Assembly (NCBI RefSeq): GCF_902713615.1 | Contig: NC_052163.1 | Span: 37,272,248-37,336,247, forward strand | Reading direction: 5' to 3' | Source of the DNA: Scyliorhinus canicula | Taxonomy: Eukaryota | Length of the DNA: 64,000 nucleotides | In this document: positions 49,734 to 62,300 of the stretch, piece after piece | How the letters are laid out: every line of letters starts with the position of its first letter | How positions within the stretch are numbered: position 1 is the stretch's first letter | Notes under the pieces: model-generated | What the model was told of the DNA's origin: nothing | Databases searched by the model: none | The model's input: only the letters and a program-made list of their open reading frames with translations | Position numbers and translations under genes: made by a program

Positions 49734-49889
49734 AAAGTCATTACTTGTTCTCTCAACATGACCCTCATTATAATTTATTGTTTGCCTATCTCACATGTCA
49801 AACTTGTGGATGTGAGAATTAATTGGAATTGATTGCCAATTAAAGGCAACCAATATTCTACCAGGGAGAATATCAGAGAAAGAATACTG

Positions 49890-50380
49890 TTACCCACCTT
49901 TAACGTTCAGTGTGATGATTTTACTGACATGACTAGACACTATTTCCCCAGTATATTTATAAGTCCATTGATCTGCCAGACATGTTTTCTGGATCAACAG
50001 TGATACATCTTGTGAATCTGAATGAAGTAATTTAATTTGATTTTGAGGTTCTTCATCACCAGCTTTGAAGCTAAACAAGGATGTTACCTTTTCATTGTTT
50101 CCCACTTTACTGAGTTCAATGAAATCAAATGTTCTCACTTTTGTTGAATTGATTGAGCAGGGTAGTTTAGTGTCTTCATTCAATATTCCTGTCACTGAAA
50201 TCTCACAATCTAATGTCACAAAGCCTGAAAATCAAGAATTTCCATTAGCTCACATTACCTCAGTTATAATCGGTGTTCAATGGGCTAGAAATTGAGTAGC
50301 ACTCAGTACTTACTTTGTGCAAAGGATGCACTTCTGTCCAAGATAACATAAAGGAAAATTGTTATACTGTGCAAACCCAT
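49890..50380 (-). CDS. B7-like Ig gene 2: signal-peptide exon (CDS 50380-50314) and V-like exon (50224-49898); read-through GG-stop gives 133 aa
   Basis: MGLHSITIFLYVILDRSASFAQ|SFVTLDCEISVTGILNEDTKLPC...DVSLLIQKTCLADQWTYKY...ITLNVK; phase-1 GT/AG junctions identical in layout to gene 1; no stops. Confidence 0.8.
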
Positions 50381-50400
50381 TCCTGGAATTTCAGGTTACC

Positions 50401-50914
50401 TGAAGTGTTCCAGTCGGGGAACACTTCAGCAGTCAAGGGCATTCAGCCTCTGATCTCCGGGTAAGCGTTCTCCAAGGCGGTCTTCAGGACACACAACAAC
50501 GTAGAATTGCCGAGCAAAAACTTATAGCTAAGTTCCGCACGCATGAGTGCGGCCTCAACCAGGATCTTGGATTCATGTCGCATTACATCCACCCCCCACC
50601 ATCTGGCCTGGACTTGTAAAATCCTACCAACTGTCCTGGCTTGAGACAATTCACACCTCTTTAACCTGTGATCATCCCTCTCCCTGGATCTGTAATGATT
50701 TGATTACCTGCTAATGCTCACATTCCAAGCATTGTCCAGCATCTCTGACTTTGTCTATATAAATGTTTCGGGAACATATCTCTTCATTCACCTGAGGAAG
50801 GAGCTGCGCTCCGAAAGCTAGTGTTTGAAACAAACCTGTTGGACTTTAACCTGGTGTTGTAAGACTTCTTACTGTGTTCACCCCAGGCATCTCCACATCA
50901 TGGCTAATTTGAAG
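50401..50914 (+). mobile_element. 5'-truncated Penelope copy (GIY-YIG end plus terminal repeat)
   Basis: Colinear with 11565-12019; flanked by TGAAG (50401-50405, 50910-50914). Confidence 0.9.
50789..50823 (+). ncRNA. Minimal type I hammerhead ribozyme, third copy
   Basis: CAC-CUGAGGA-A-GGAGC(UGC)GCUCC-GAAA-GC-UA/GUG; differences from 11936 fall only at N7, the loop II and H17. Confidence 0.75.
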
Positions 50915-51029
50915 ACAAAGACAAAATTAATTAAAAACACAGGGCTGAATTTTTCAACAGAAGATCTGTTGCTGGATCTGAAAACTGCAGACAAACATGC
51001 TCCGGTGGGCAATGGCACCCAGGCATGGC

Positions 51030-51741
51030 AGGCGCGATTCTCCCAAAGGGAGACAGAGTGCCGACGCCGGAGTGAAACCCGCTCCTCGCCCCCTATTCTC
51101 TCCCCCCCCCCCCCCCCCCCACCCCCGGGGGGCTAGGAGCTGCGGTGCGTGAATCTTGGCCGCCAGGCCTTGACGCTTGCGTCAAAGCGGCGCGCCAAGA
51201 ATGACGCGGCCGGCAGCGCCTAAGTGACGTCAGCCATGCATGCGCAGGTTGGCTGGCTCCAACCCGCACATGTGTGGTTGCCATCTTCCCCTCCGCTGCC
51301 CCGCGAGACGTGGCGGCTTGATCTTGTGGGGTGGCGGAGGGGAAAGAGTGCTTCTCTTAGAGACGCCGGCCCGATGATCGGTGGGCACCGATCGCGGGCC
51401 AGTCACCTCACGAGCACGCCCGTGGTGCTCGATCCTCTCTCCGCCCCCCACAGCCCCCACACTTACCTGTCGTGCGATGTTCACACCGGGAGCGACCAGG
51501 TGTAGTTGCCGTCGGCATGAAATGATCGGGGTCGTCAGGCCGCTCGGCCCATCCAGGCCAGAGAATCGGCAGTCGCGGGAAAAACGGCGAGCGGCGATTC
51601 TCCGAGCGGCGTGTCGCAAAACGCGATACGCCATTTTGGGGGGGGTGGAAGAATCGTGGGTGGTGCCAGGGCGGTGTGATGTGATTCACCTGGCCCTCCC
51701 GCGATTCTCCCACCCGGCGTGGGGAGCAGAGAATCGCGCCC
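51030..51741. mobile_element. Harbinger-type MITE
   Basis: TIRs AGGCGCGATTCTC / GAGAATCGCGCCC; 3-bp TSD GGC. Confidence 0.85.
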
Positions 51742-52359
51742 GGCATTTTTGCTGGAGCTGTCCAATTAACAACATTTGAGGACAATGGCCTGCCCCTTGC
51801 GCCCTCCATCCCCCAGAGCGAACTAGAGGGCTGGCAACTCAGGGGGAGGGGGCGGAGAGGGGGATCATCCTAGCAGCCACTTTGGATGTGTGGGTGGCCA
51901 TTACCCACAAGTAGCCTTTCCATAGGCAATGGAGTTCCCTTCAATCTCCCCACAGACTCTCCACAGGAACAGGCTCGTACACAAAATTAGATGGGCAATT
52001 TAACAAAATAAATTTGTACAGCAATGTGTCTAATTGGATTACCCTACACATCGCTGGCATGATTTTGGGTACACTGTTGGCAATGTGCTCTGCTGGCATG
52101 AAGATGTTGGACCATTGCCAGTTCTCCTGCTGCCTCCCTACTAAAGCCCTTAGTAATCTAAATCAAACCAGATTCACTTTGGCACCTGAGGTAGGTTTAA
52201 TCAGGAATGTTAAGGCACTGTGTACGGTTAGAGTACTCAAATACACATCAGATATATTTGCATTGCCAAGAATGTTTGCTTTACACAAGCGTGAACAAAA
52301 CAATTTATTAAGTTTCTTAAAGTCAGACTATACCTTTGCTTTACAAGTGGAAACAAAAC

Positions 52360-52709
52360 GAGCAGCACGGTAGCATGGTGGTTAGCATAAATGCATCACA
52401 GCTCCAGGGTCCCAGGTTCGATTCCCGGCTGGGTCACTGTCTGTGCGGAGTCTGCACGTCCTCCCCGTGTGTGCGTGGGTTTCCTCCGGGTGCTCCGGTT
52501 TCCTCCCACAGTCCAAAGATGTGCAGGTTAGGTGGATTGGCCATGCTAAATTGCCCGTAGTGTCCTAAAAAAGTAAGGTTAAGGGGGGAGGGGGGGTTGT
52601 TGGGTTACGGGTATAGGGTGGATACGTGGGTTTGAGTGGGGTGATCATGGCTCGGCACAACATCGAGGGCCGAAGGGCCTGTTCTGTGCTGTACTGTTCT
52701 ATGTTCTAT
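52360..52709 (+). mobile_element. HE1-type SINE, full length
   Basis: Near-identical to 2280 and 31823. Confidence 0.92.
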
Positions 52710-53002
52710 TAGAGCCACACCAGTCCCACACAGAACAAGGGGGTGGGGGGGTGAGCTAGCGTTGAGAACAAACAGTGAACAAAGGTTTAGTTCACCTGCA
52801 ACATCCTCGTATCGTTTCACATTTGAAATGAACACAAGAACTGCTCCTCCTGCTCGCTTTTCTTCCTTGGGTGTAAACTTTCTCTTTCGATAGAATTGGT
52901 CATCAGCGGTCGAGTTGACTCAGAACGAGATTCAAACGAAAATAAAAAATCCAGAAAAAATGTGAGTGTCGAGCCCTCAGCAAACTTTCCCCACCAGCAC
53001 TG

Positions 53003-53848
53003 ATAATATGCAAGATGTAATGGACAGGAAATAATAGACAAGAAATAATATGCAGGATGAAAAATACAGTGAAAAATAAGCAGGAAATAATAGACAGAAA
53101 GTAATAGACAGGAAATAATGAACAGGATGTAATGGACAGCAAATAATAAGCAGGATGTAATGGACAGGAAATAATAGCCAGGATGTAATGGACAGGAAAT
53201 AATAGACAGGATGTAATATACAGGAAATAATAAGCAGGAAATAATAGGCATGATGTAATAGACAGGAAATTATAGGCGGAATGCAATAGACAGGAAATAA
53301 TAGACAGGATGTAATCGACAGGAAGTATTGACAGGAAATAATAGACAGGAAGTAATCAACTGGAAATAATAGACAGGTTGTATTAGACAGGAAATAATAG
53401 ACAGGTTGTATTAAACAGGAATATTAGACAGGAAGTAATCAACAGGAAATAATAGACAGGAAGTATTAGACAGGAAATAATAGACAGGAAGTATTAGACA
53501 GGAAGTAATCGACAGGAAATATTAAACAGAAAATCATAGGCAGGTTGTAATAGACAGAAAGTAATGAACAGGAAATAATAGACAGGATGTAACAGACAGG
53601 AAATAATAGACTGTAAATAATAGACAGGAAATAATAGACAGGCTGTAATAGGCACAATGTAATAGACAGGAAATAGTAAGCCGAAAGTTAGACAGGAAGT
53701 AATGGACATTAAATAATAGACAAGATGTAATAGACAGGAAAAATAGACAGGAAATAATAGGCAGGATGTAATAGACAGGAAATAATAGGCAGGAAGTAAT
53801 AGCCAGGATGTAATAGACAGGAAATAATAGACAGGATGTAATAGACAA
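53003..53848. repeat. 14-bp minisatellite, about 60 units (GACAGGAAATAATA / GACAGGATGTAATA / GACAGGAAGTATTA)
   Basis: Directly visible tandem periodicity. Confidence 0.95.
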
Positions 53849-54779
53849 GCTAGCAGCAAGAATTGGGATTGGGTGAAGAACAACGCGCAATGGAAAAATC
53901 ACAATTTACACCTCTCCCGACACCATTCTCCAGTCCCCGGCTGATGGCATGAGCGAAGTTCACGCCCCGTGCCGGCAGGCCTTGCTAATCCGCTATTTTC
54001 CTGGATTTAAATCTCTTTACCGGGTTCCGAAACTCTATTGGGCTCCCTAGTGGGTGGAGGCAATCTGGTCGCTCAGCCCTGCAATCGCCCTCAGAGTTAT
54101 GGGTAGATCAAAGTAAATTTACATTAAAACCAAAATTGGGCCCAGCCTCTTCCATGATTTAAGGAGAACTTTGGGGGCGATTCTCTGATATTGAGGCCAA
54201 GTGTTCGCGCCGTCGTGAACGCTGTTGCATTTCACGACGGCGCGAACAGGGCCCAGGTACGACCTATTTGGGGGACCAGCACGGCATTGGAGCGGTTCAC
54301 ACCGCTCCAGCCTCCTTATGCGGCGCCAAATGGGGGCCGCGCCAACTGGCGCATGCGCAGTTGGGCCAGCTCAATCCTGTGCATGCGCAGTTGGGCCGCA
54401 CCATCCTGCGCCCTTTAAATTATATCAGACAATCTGTAATTTAGGAAAATTCTTTGTGATAATCTAGGCTTGATACTTTTACACAGCATTTGCTGTAAGG
54501 AGACAAATAAAATTATTGAATTATACAGAATTTTAGCAAATGAACAAGCAGATGAAACAAGAATACTATTTGTTAAACTTTACAATGGGGACATTTTTTG
54601 TACATAACCAATTCATACAAAACAATGAAAAGGTGAAAAACCATTCATTTAAAAAAATATATATTTACATGTCGTTCACAGCAAAATATGAATCACAGCA
54701 CCTCAGTCAAATCAGATTTTACAATAAATTAATTGCTTGATTGACTTAAATTAAATCGTACTAATTGTTTCTTGATTTT

Positions 54780-55370
54780 TATTTACAGGATGCAGGCTTC
54801 ATTAGTTAGGCCTGCATTTATTGTCCATCCCTTATTGCCCTGGAGAAGGTGGTGATGAGCTGCCTTCTTGAACCACTGCAGTCCCTATGGTGTTAGTACA
54901 CCCACAGTCTATTAGGGAGGGAGTTCCAGGAGTTTGACTCAATGACGGTGAAGGAATGGTGATATGTTTCCAAGTCAGCAGAGTGAGTAACTTGGGGGGG
55001 TGGACATCCAGTTGGTGGTGTTCCCTGCTATCTGCTGGCCTTGTCCTTCTCGATGGTGATGATTGTAGCCTTGGAAGGTGCTGTCTCATGAGCCTCGGTG
55101 AGTCCCTGAAGTGCATCTTGTAGATGCTGTGCGCTGCTGCCACTGTTCAACAGTGGTGGATGGAGCGAATGTTTGCAGAAGGAGTGCCAGTCAAGTGGCC
55201 ATTTTTTTCTTGGATGTTAGTGGGCTTCTTGAATGTCATTGCAGCTGCATTCAGGAGTCAGGTGATAAGTCACCCACCATAGTATTCCTAACTTTTGAAC
55301 TGTTTGTGCAGCCACAGTATTTATATGGCTAACCAGTCCAGTTTCCGATCAATGGTAACCCCCAGGGTAT
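54780..55370 (-). mobile_element. LINE relic, same family as 5930-6890
   Basis: Reverse complement of the CTCACCACCACCTTCTCCAGGGCAATAAGGGATGG-type tail plus RT end. Confidence 0.8.
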
Positions 55371-55796
55371 TTGTCATTGACTATTGATATAAAACAAAGT
55401 AGTAAAGCAAAGCGTTGGACAGTAAAATAGTTAACATGAGAACGATTTACAGTAATTGATGTGCAAATGTAATTATCGATTTGCACAATTTTGCTAATAA
55501 AGGATATCCTTTATCAATTTCAGTTTCCCAAAGTAGTTGCCTGCAACCATAATTCCTCTTTACCAGAATGAAGAATACAGTCCAGCACAAAAATCCTTAC
55601 AAAATATTGAGGGATCGCCAACCATGTCCACGCACTGAGTAAATTAAAGAAAATATATTTATCTAAACAAGCACCAGGTATCTGTTGGCCTTGTCCTTCC
55701 AGAAGGAAGTTTTGGAAGGTGTTGTTTTTTAAAGTATGACTGGACCAACGATTTTCTTCTCCTTCGACAGAGCACAGTGATGTCGCAAAATGAAAC

Positions 55797-55802
55797 TTTT
55801 AT
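55797..55802 (-). terminator. Candidate poly(A) signal of B7-like gene 1
   Basis: AATAAA on the minus strand about 420 nt after the stop at 56223. Confidence 0.4.
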
Positions 55803-56222
55803 TAACCTCGCTGTAAAAATAGGAATACTTCTTGATAGACAGCTGCCAGGATTGAAGGGTTTACTCTGCAGTTTCTGTTTAGGAACCCAGTGTTTTACCA
55901 ATGTTGTTCATGGACAAGTAATATGCGAGATTGTTTCTTTGGGGAGAAAATTAATAGTGAAGAGATCAGCATGCTGCCATACATATTATCCTAGGGAGGA
56001 ACTGCATGAAGAATATGTCATTTCCAGGTTCTCATTGAATAGGGATGTGGCAGTGCTTGAAATGCTCTGTGTGGTTTCAATCCACTTTCCATTATTCACA
56101 TGGTACAAAAGGACCTGAATAACTGTTCATATGAAGTATCATATGTTCCTCAAACTGTCCATGACATTGACGTCAATGCATTCTTCACGTCAGAAATAAG
56201 AATGATTCAATTGCAATTGCTA

Positions 56223-56363
56223 TTAAGCTTCAGCCCTCCGGTCACTGGACAACTGTTAAAAGACAAAAAAATTATTTTCAGAAACTGTGACACATGGCTT
56301 TCAAACAATCTCTAATGTTTGAAATCGCACCTACCATTGGGGTTTCAGATGGTTCTCTAACTT
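56223..56363 (-). CDS. Gene 1 cytoplasmic exons (29 nt and 30 nt, 82-bp intron)
   Basis: Strong polypyrimidine acceptors and GTAGGT donor; EVREPSETPM|LSSDRRAEA*. Confidence 0.7.
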
Positions 56364-59300
56364 CTGAAATTAAAAAAAACAACAAATTAATTATTTTTGT
56401 CACACAATATTTGATCTGAATTAACATGCCCAACTGTGAAATATGCAGTCTGTTATTTATTTTAGTTCCATTGGGCAAATCAAATTAGTCACAATACTGT
56501 AGAAGAGGAATTCTTGGAGTGATGGTTTTCTGGATCAATATGCTGAAGAACCAACTAGAGAACAGGCCATCCGAGACTGGGTATTGTGGAATGAAAAAGG
56601 AATAATTGGTAATCTAGTTGTGCGAGACACCTTGGGGATGAGTGCCCACAATATGATAGAATTTTGCATCAATATGGAGAGTGATGTAGTTGATTCTGAG
56701 AGTAGAGTCCTGAATTTAAATAAAGGAAACTACGATGATATGAGGCGTGATTTGGTCATGATAGATTGGGAAACATTACTGAAAGGGATGATAGTGAATA
56801 TGCAAAGGCAAACATATAAGAATTGCATGGGTGTACCACAACAATTGCAAATGTAAAATGGGAAGGGTGGTCAAATCATGGCTTACAAGGGAAATTAGAA
56901 ATCATATTAGATCCAAGGACGAGACATACAAATTGGCCAAGAAAAACAATAGATCAGAGGAATGGGAGCAGATTAGAATTCAGCAAAGGAGGACCGAGGG
57001 ATTGATTAAGAAGAAGAAAATAGAGTATGAGAGTAAGCTTGTGGGGAACATAAAATCTGACTGTAACTTTTCTATTGGTGTGTGCAGAGAAAAAGATTGG
57101 TCAAGACAAATGTAGGTCCCTTAGTTGGGAACAAGGGACTTATAATGGCGAAGAATGAAATGGTTGACCAACTTAATACATACTTTGGTTCTGTCTTCAC
57201 AAAGGAGGACGCAAAAAAACAGAAATGTTGGGTAACACAGGGTTTATTGAGAGGGAAGAACTAAATGAGATCAGTATTAGTAGGGAAATTGTATTGGCAA
57301 TATTAACTGGATTGAAGTCCAGGTGGCCTGATAATGTACCTCCCAGAATACTTAAGGAAGTGGCATGAGATATAATGGATGCATTGGTCATCATCGTCCA
57401 AGATTTTATAGACTCTAATAGTTCCTACAAATTGGAGTATAGCTAATGGAACCGCACCATTTAAAAAGGGAGGTAGAGCGAAAATAGAGAATTCTTGACC
57501 AGCAAGCCTGACGTCTGTAGTGGGGAAAATTCTAGAATCCATTATCAAAGATATTATAGTAGAGCATTTGGAAAATAGTGGCAGGATTGGACAAACATGA
57601 ATTCATGAAAGAGAAATCATGCTTGAAAACATCCACTGGAATTCTTTGAGGATGTTACTAGTAGAGTTGATGGGGGAGTCAGTGGATGTGGCTTACTTGC
57701 ACTTTCTGAAGGCTTTCGACAAAGTCCCGCAAAAGAGATTAGCTTGTAAATTAAAGCGTATGGGATTAGGGGTAGTGTATTGAGATGGATAGAAAACTGG
57801 TTGGCAGAAAGGAAACAAATGTAGGAATAAATGTGTATTTTTCCAAGTGGTACTGCAGAGATCAGTGCTGGAACCCCAGCTACTAAAAATGTATATTTAT
57901 GATTTAGATGAGGGAACTAAATGTAACATCTCCACTTTTGCAGATGCCCCCAAGTTGTGTGAGAGGGAGAGCTGTGAGGATGATGCAGAGATCCTTCAGT
58001 GTAATTTGGACAAGATGAGTGAGTAGCCAAATGAATGGCAGATGCAATACAGTGTGTATAAATAAGAGGCTATGCACTTTTGGAGCAAAAACGGGAAGGC
58101 GGATTATTATCTGTAATGCTATAAATTAGGTTAGGGTAATGTGCAACGAGACATGGGTGTCCTCATCCACCAGTTTTTGAAGGTAAGCATGCAGATGCAG
58201 CAGACGATAAAGAAGCAAATGGTATACTGGCCTTAATATAAACAGGATTCGAGTGTTATAATAATAATAATATTTATTGTCACAAGTAGGCTTACATTAA
58301 CACTGCAATGAAGTTACTGTGAAAAGCCCCTCGTCGCCACATTCCGGTACCTGTTCGGGTACACAGAGGGAGAATTCAGAATGTCCAATTCATCGAGGAG
58401 CAGGGATGTCTTGCTGCAAATATACAGGCATTGGCGAGACCATACTTGGAATACTGTATGCAGTTTTGGTCTCCTTATCTGAGGTAGGATATTCTTGCTG
58501 TCGAGGGAGTTTAGAGAAAGTTTACCAGATTGATCCCTGGGACGGCGGGACTGTGTATAAGGAGAGATTGAGTTGGTTAGGATTGTATTCGCTGGAGTTC
58601 AGAAGAATGAGGGTCTTTCTCATAGAAACCTATAAAATTCTAACAGGATTAGACAGGATAGATGCAAGAAGGATGTTCCCGATGGTGGGGGTGTCAAGAG
58701 CCAGGATTCGCAGTCTGAGCAAATGGGGTTGACGATTTAGGACTGATATGAGAAGACATTTCTTCACCTAGAGAGTGGTCAGCCTGTGGAATTCGCTGCC
58801 ACAGAAAATAGTTGAGGCCAAAAAAATTGTATGTTTAGGGGAAGGCCCAACAACACCTTCCCATGGCTACTCAGAATAAGAAACAGATACCAGCTTTTCC
58901 AGTGGCACACATGACCAGAGAGTGATTTTAAAAAGTTATGTTTCTTTCATTTACTCCCCGTTTTCCTTTCCCTATACCGACATCATAACTGGGAAACACC
59001 AGATGATTTAATCCCAAATCTTTCCCAATGCTGCTTGAATCATATGCCCCAATCGAAGGTGCCCCAAAGCAGTTCAGCGTGGCTCACCTGGGCTTTTCCC
59101 CTATCTCCTTGTGGGAGTACAGGAGGGGTGGAAACCGGGTTTGTATTTGTGTATTACCTAACCCCTCTTCACCCAATTATATCTCATGATTGCAACTAAT
59201 TAGGCAACATTCATAGCTTTAGACATTCCTTGTCTATTGAGCAAACAAATTCACAAACATTTCCTTCATCGGTAAGGAAAGGGTATTTGATTAACAATGG

Positions 59301-62300
59301 TTCAGCCAAACGATTATGCAAGCCAGACAATTCTGGCAAGCGAATTAGAATGCCAAACGGAATTTCAAACTGTTAGGACATTGGAGGTTCTGGAACTTTT
59401 TGATTAAGCTTTGGAACTTATGATAGTTAGCATATGGTAAGGCTAAACTGTATCGCTTAACAGATTATGGGTATATTCAAGATAAAAGTGTAAGATTAAA
59501 TTGTGTACTGATCAAAAGTTTTAAAAAGGGAAAATGAAGCATTTCCACAACCATCATACCGGAATGCCTTGTCCTCATAAATTCCAAAACCACCAAGATT
59601 GCTATTACAAGTAAACCTCCTGGAAGAATCACAGAGGTAGCTATCAGAATCTTTTTCTTCTTTTCCTCTTCTGCTAGCTTTTCAATATTAGATGCATCAC
59701 TCAAGACTGAAACAAAAAATGTGGGGAGAAATTATTTTATTCATGATTAATTTCAGCATCAACCATGATATACATAACAATGTCACTTATTCCTATCCTC
59801 TGGCACTATATTAATTAGCCACAGCAAAATTGACATTCGAACAACATTGTGAGGAAAAGGACTGCAATAGTTTAACAAGGAATTCCCCATGAGCATTTCA
59901 GCCTAAATGGTCATGGATATTAAATGCAGCCTTGCAATAATGTCCACATCTTCAGAATAAATGATATTAATAAAGTTGCCTTTCTTCCAACAGCAATGTG
60001 TTAAAATCACTTGCAGAATGAATGCTATGAACTTACTTGAAAAGTTTTGCCACAGTTTGTATTCAATTTCCTCCACATTCCGCACAGCGCAAGAATAATT
60101 GCCTTTGGAAACATTTACTCCTTCGATCTGAAGTGTACTGGTAATATTGAACAGACCCTGTGGGGTTTTTACACTACTAGTATTAGCACTAGATGTCAGG
60201 TTGCTTGTTCCATTGATGAACCAGTGAATCTGAGCCAGCGGATATCCAATTGTATTACAAATGAGGATTTCTGTTCTCACTGGTGTGGTTATTGGGATTC
60301 CAGTCACACTTGATAAATGGTGTGGAGCTAAAAAGAATAATTGTATTATTATTATTGTAATGAAAAAGAGCTGTAGAGTAACAGGGGTGCAGTTTTTGCA
60401 CTTCACGCCACACCAATAAAAAACACCAGTATTTATGACAATAAATACAGATTATGTATTTAGGATATCCCAGATTAGGAGTACGAGAGAGGAAAATATT
60501 TATTGGTACCAATCTGTGATTTTGCCTTGGACCAGAATTTTACGCTCTTTCTGGCAGAGACGGGGTTACATAGAACAGTACAGCACAGAACAGGCCCTTC
60601 GGCCCTCGATGTTGTGCCGAGCAATGATCACCCTACTCAAACCCACGTATCCACCCTATACCCGTAACCCAACAACCCCCCCCCCCCCCTCTTAACCTTA
60701 TTTTTAGGACACTACGGGCAATTTAACATGGCCAATCCACCTAACTCGCACATCTTTGGACTGTGGGAGGAAACCGGAGCACCCGGAAGAAACCCACGCA
60801 CACACGGGGAGGACGTGCAGACTCCACACAGACAGTGACCCAGCCGGGAATCGAACCTGGGACCCTGGAGCTGTGAAGCATTTATGCTAACCACCATGCT
60901 ACCGTGGTTCCCTCCAGGTTTCCTCCCACCGTAACTTTGCAGTGATTTTATACTGGGGCAGGCAAGGCTGGCGACAGGAAGACCACCGTTGCTCCAATTA
61001 AGGCCCTTAAGTGGCCACTTAAAGATGGTTTCCCACCTGGCCTCAATCTTTTGGTAGGTGGGCAGATGGTAGCTCAAGGGGAGGGCTCCTGGAAATGAAT
61101 AGAGTTAGATCTAGCGTGAGAAGGTTTGGGGGGAGGGGTGGGGGGCAGAGCACAGGGGTACCCTTCCCCACTGAAGCCCCTGAGGCCTTTCCTAACCTGC
61201 CCATCTGAGCCCCTCACTGCAGCACTGTTCCTGGAGAGACTGCAGGGCCGGCAGCTCCCCAGGATGGAGAGTGCAGAACAGAAGACCCACCTTATGCCAA
61301 TCAATGCAAAATGGTAATAGACCTGTAATAGCAGGGATGTGTTCCCTGACTACCAAATAATTCAGGCCTTGAGTTCTGAGTACTTCTATTTCAAATGTGT
61401 GCATGTTTTTCTGGAGTATATAAGTGTCCTCCACAAATCTTCTGTTTTGTTTACAATGTTGGTTTTGCTTATTTAGTGGCAACAGCAGGAAGGAAAAGTA
61501 AAACTGTAAACCCTAGACTGCCATAATTTAACAGTTACAGCCTAATATTCAAGTTAACTTATGCATATAAAATGATTTGACAATATTAAAAATGGAGAAT
61601 GAGAAATGTATTTATTAGATTGTAATGCACAAAGTAAAAGTCATTCAAATATTGAATAGTTTCTTTAAATGGCAGCATTACAAAAGTATGCTTTGGTATG
61701 GAGGTTATCACTGGTTTATATTGCTGCAGATTGAAAATTAGTTTGAATCGGTGGGAACTATTACTCCTTTGGAATGAAAATGCTCATTGTGTGTATGATA
61801 GCATCATCTTGCCTGGCATGAAACCATCACCATACTGCTGGCCGAGGCGGCTTCCGCAAGGGCTGGGAGAACTGGTAGGGAGTGACCAGGGGGATACTGT
61901 CTGGCAGGTTGGGTCCGCGCGCGACCGGCACCATGTTGTGCGGCACGACCCCTGCAGGTTGTTGCCATGCGCACGCGCGGCCGCGGACCAGCAATTCTCT
62001 GGCCATTTATCTTGTTCCCGCCTAGAGGTTTACGTGGCTCAGCTGCTGGCCTCTCATCAATCGGAGGATCGCTGCTGGGGCGGCACCGATTTTGTTTGAC
62101 GCAAAACGTCACGGATCCTCCAGACGTAGATCCCGAATCGAATCCAGCCCGTTGTCTTTGAGAGGAAACATTCAACTGTAACTCCCAGGTATCTGCTCAC
62201 ACAGATAGAAAAGGCACTATTCAAAGGTGAGCAATGTATTCTCCAGCTATCCTGTTATTTAGCCAACACCACCAAAAACAGAGGAAATTATCATTCATTC

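Noticed and set aside
53003-53848. Possible CRISPR-like array
   Set aside because: Units are contiguous with no unique spacers, and the context is eukaryotic.
52817-53902. Hydrophobic Cys/Tyr-rich ORFs
   Set aside because: Translations of the 14-bp minisatellite.
55800-55810. Alternative last exon (CGA GGT TAA) for gene 1
   Set aside because: The closer acceptor at 56253 is stronger; this segment is better explained as 3' UTR.
61830-62170. CpG-rich stretch with 120-130 aa ORFs inside the V-C intron
   Set aside because: No recognisable domain or splice pattern; probably a decayed non-autonomous transposon, not supportable further.
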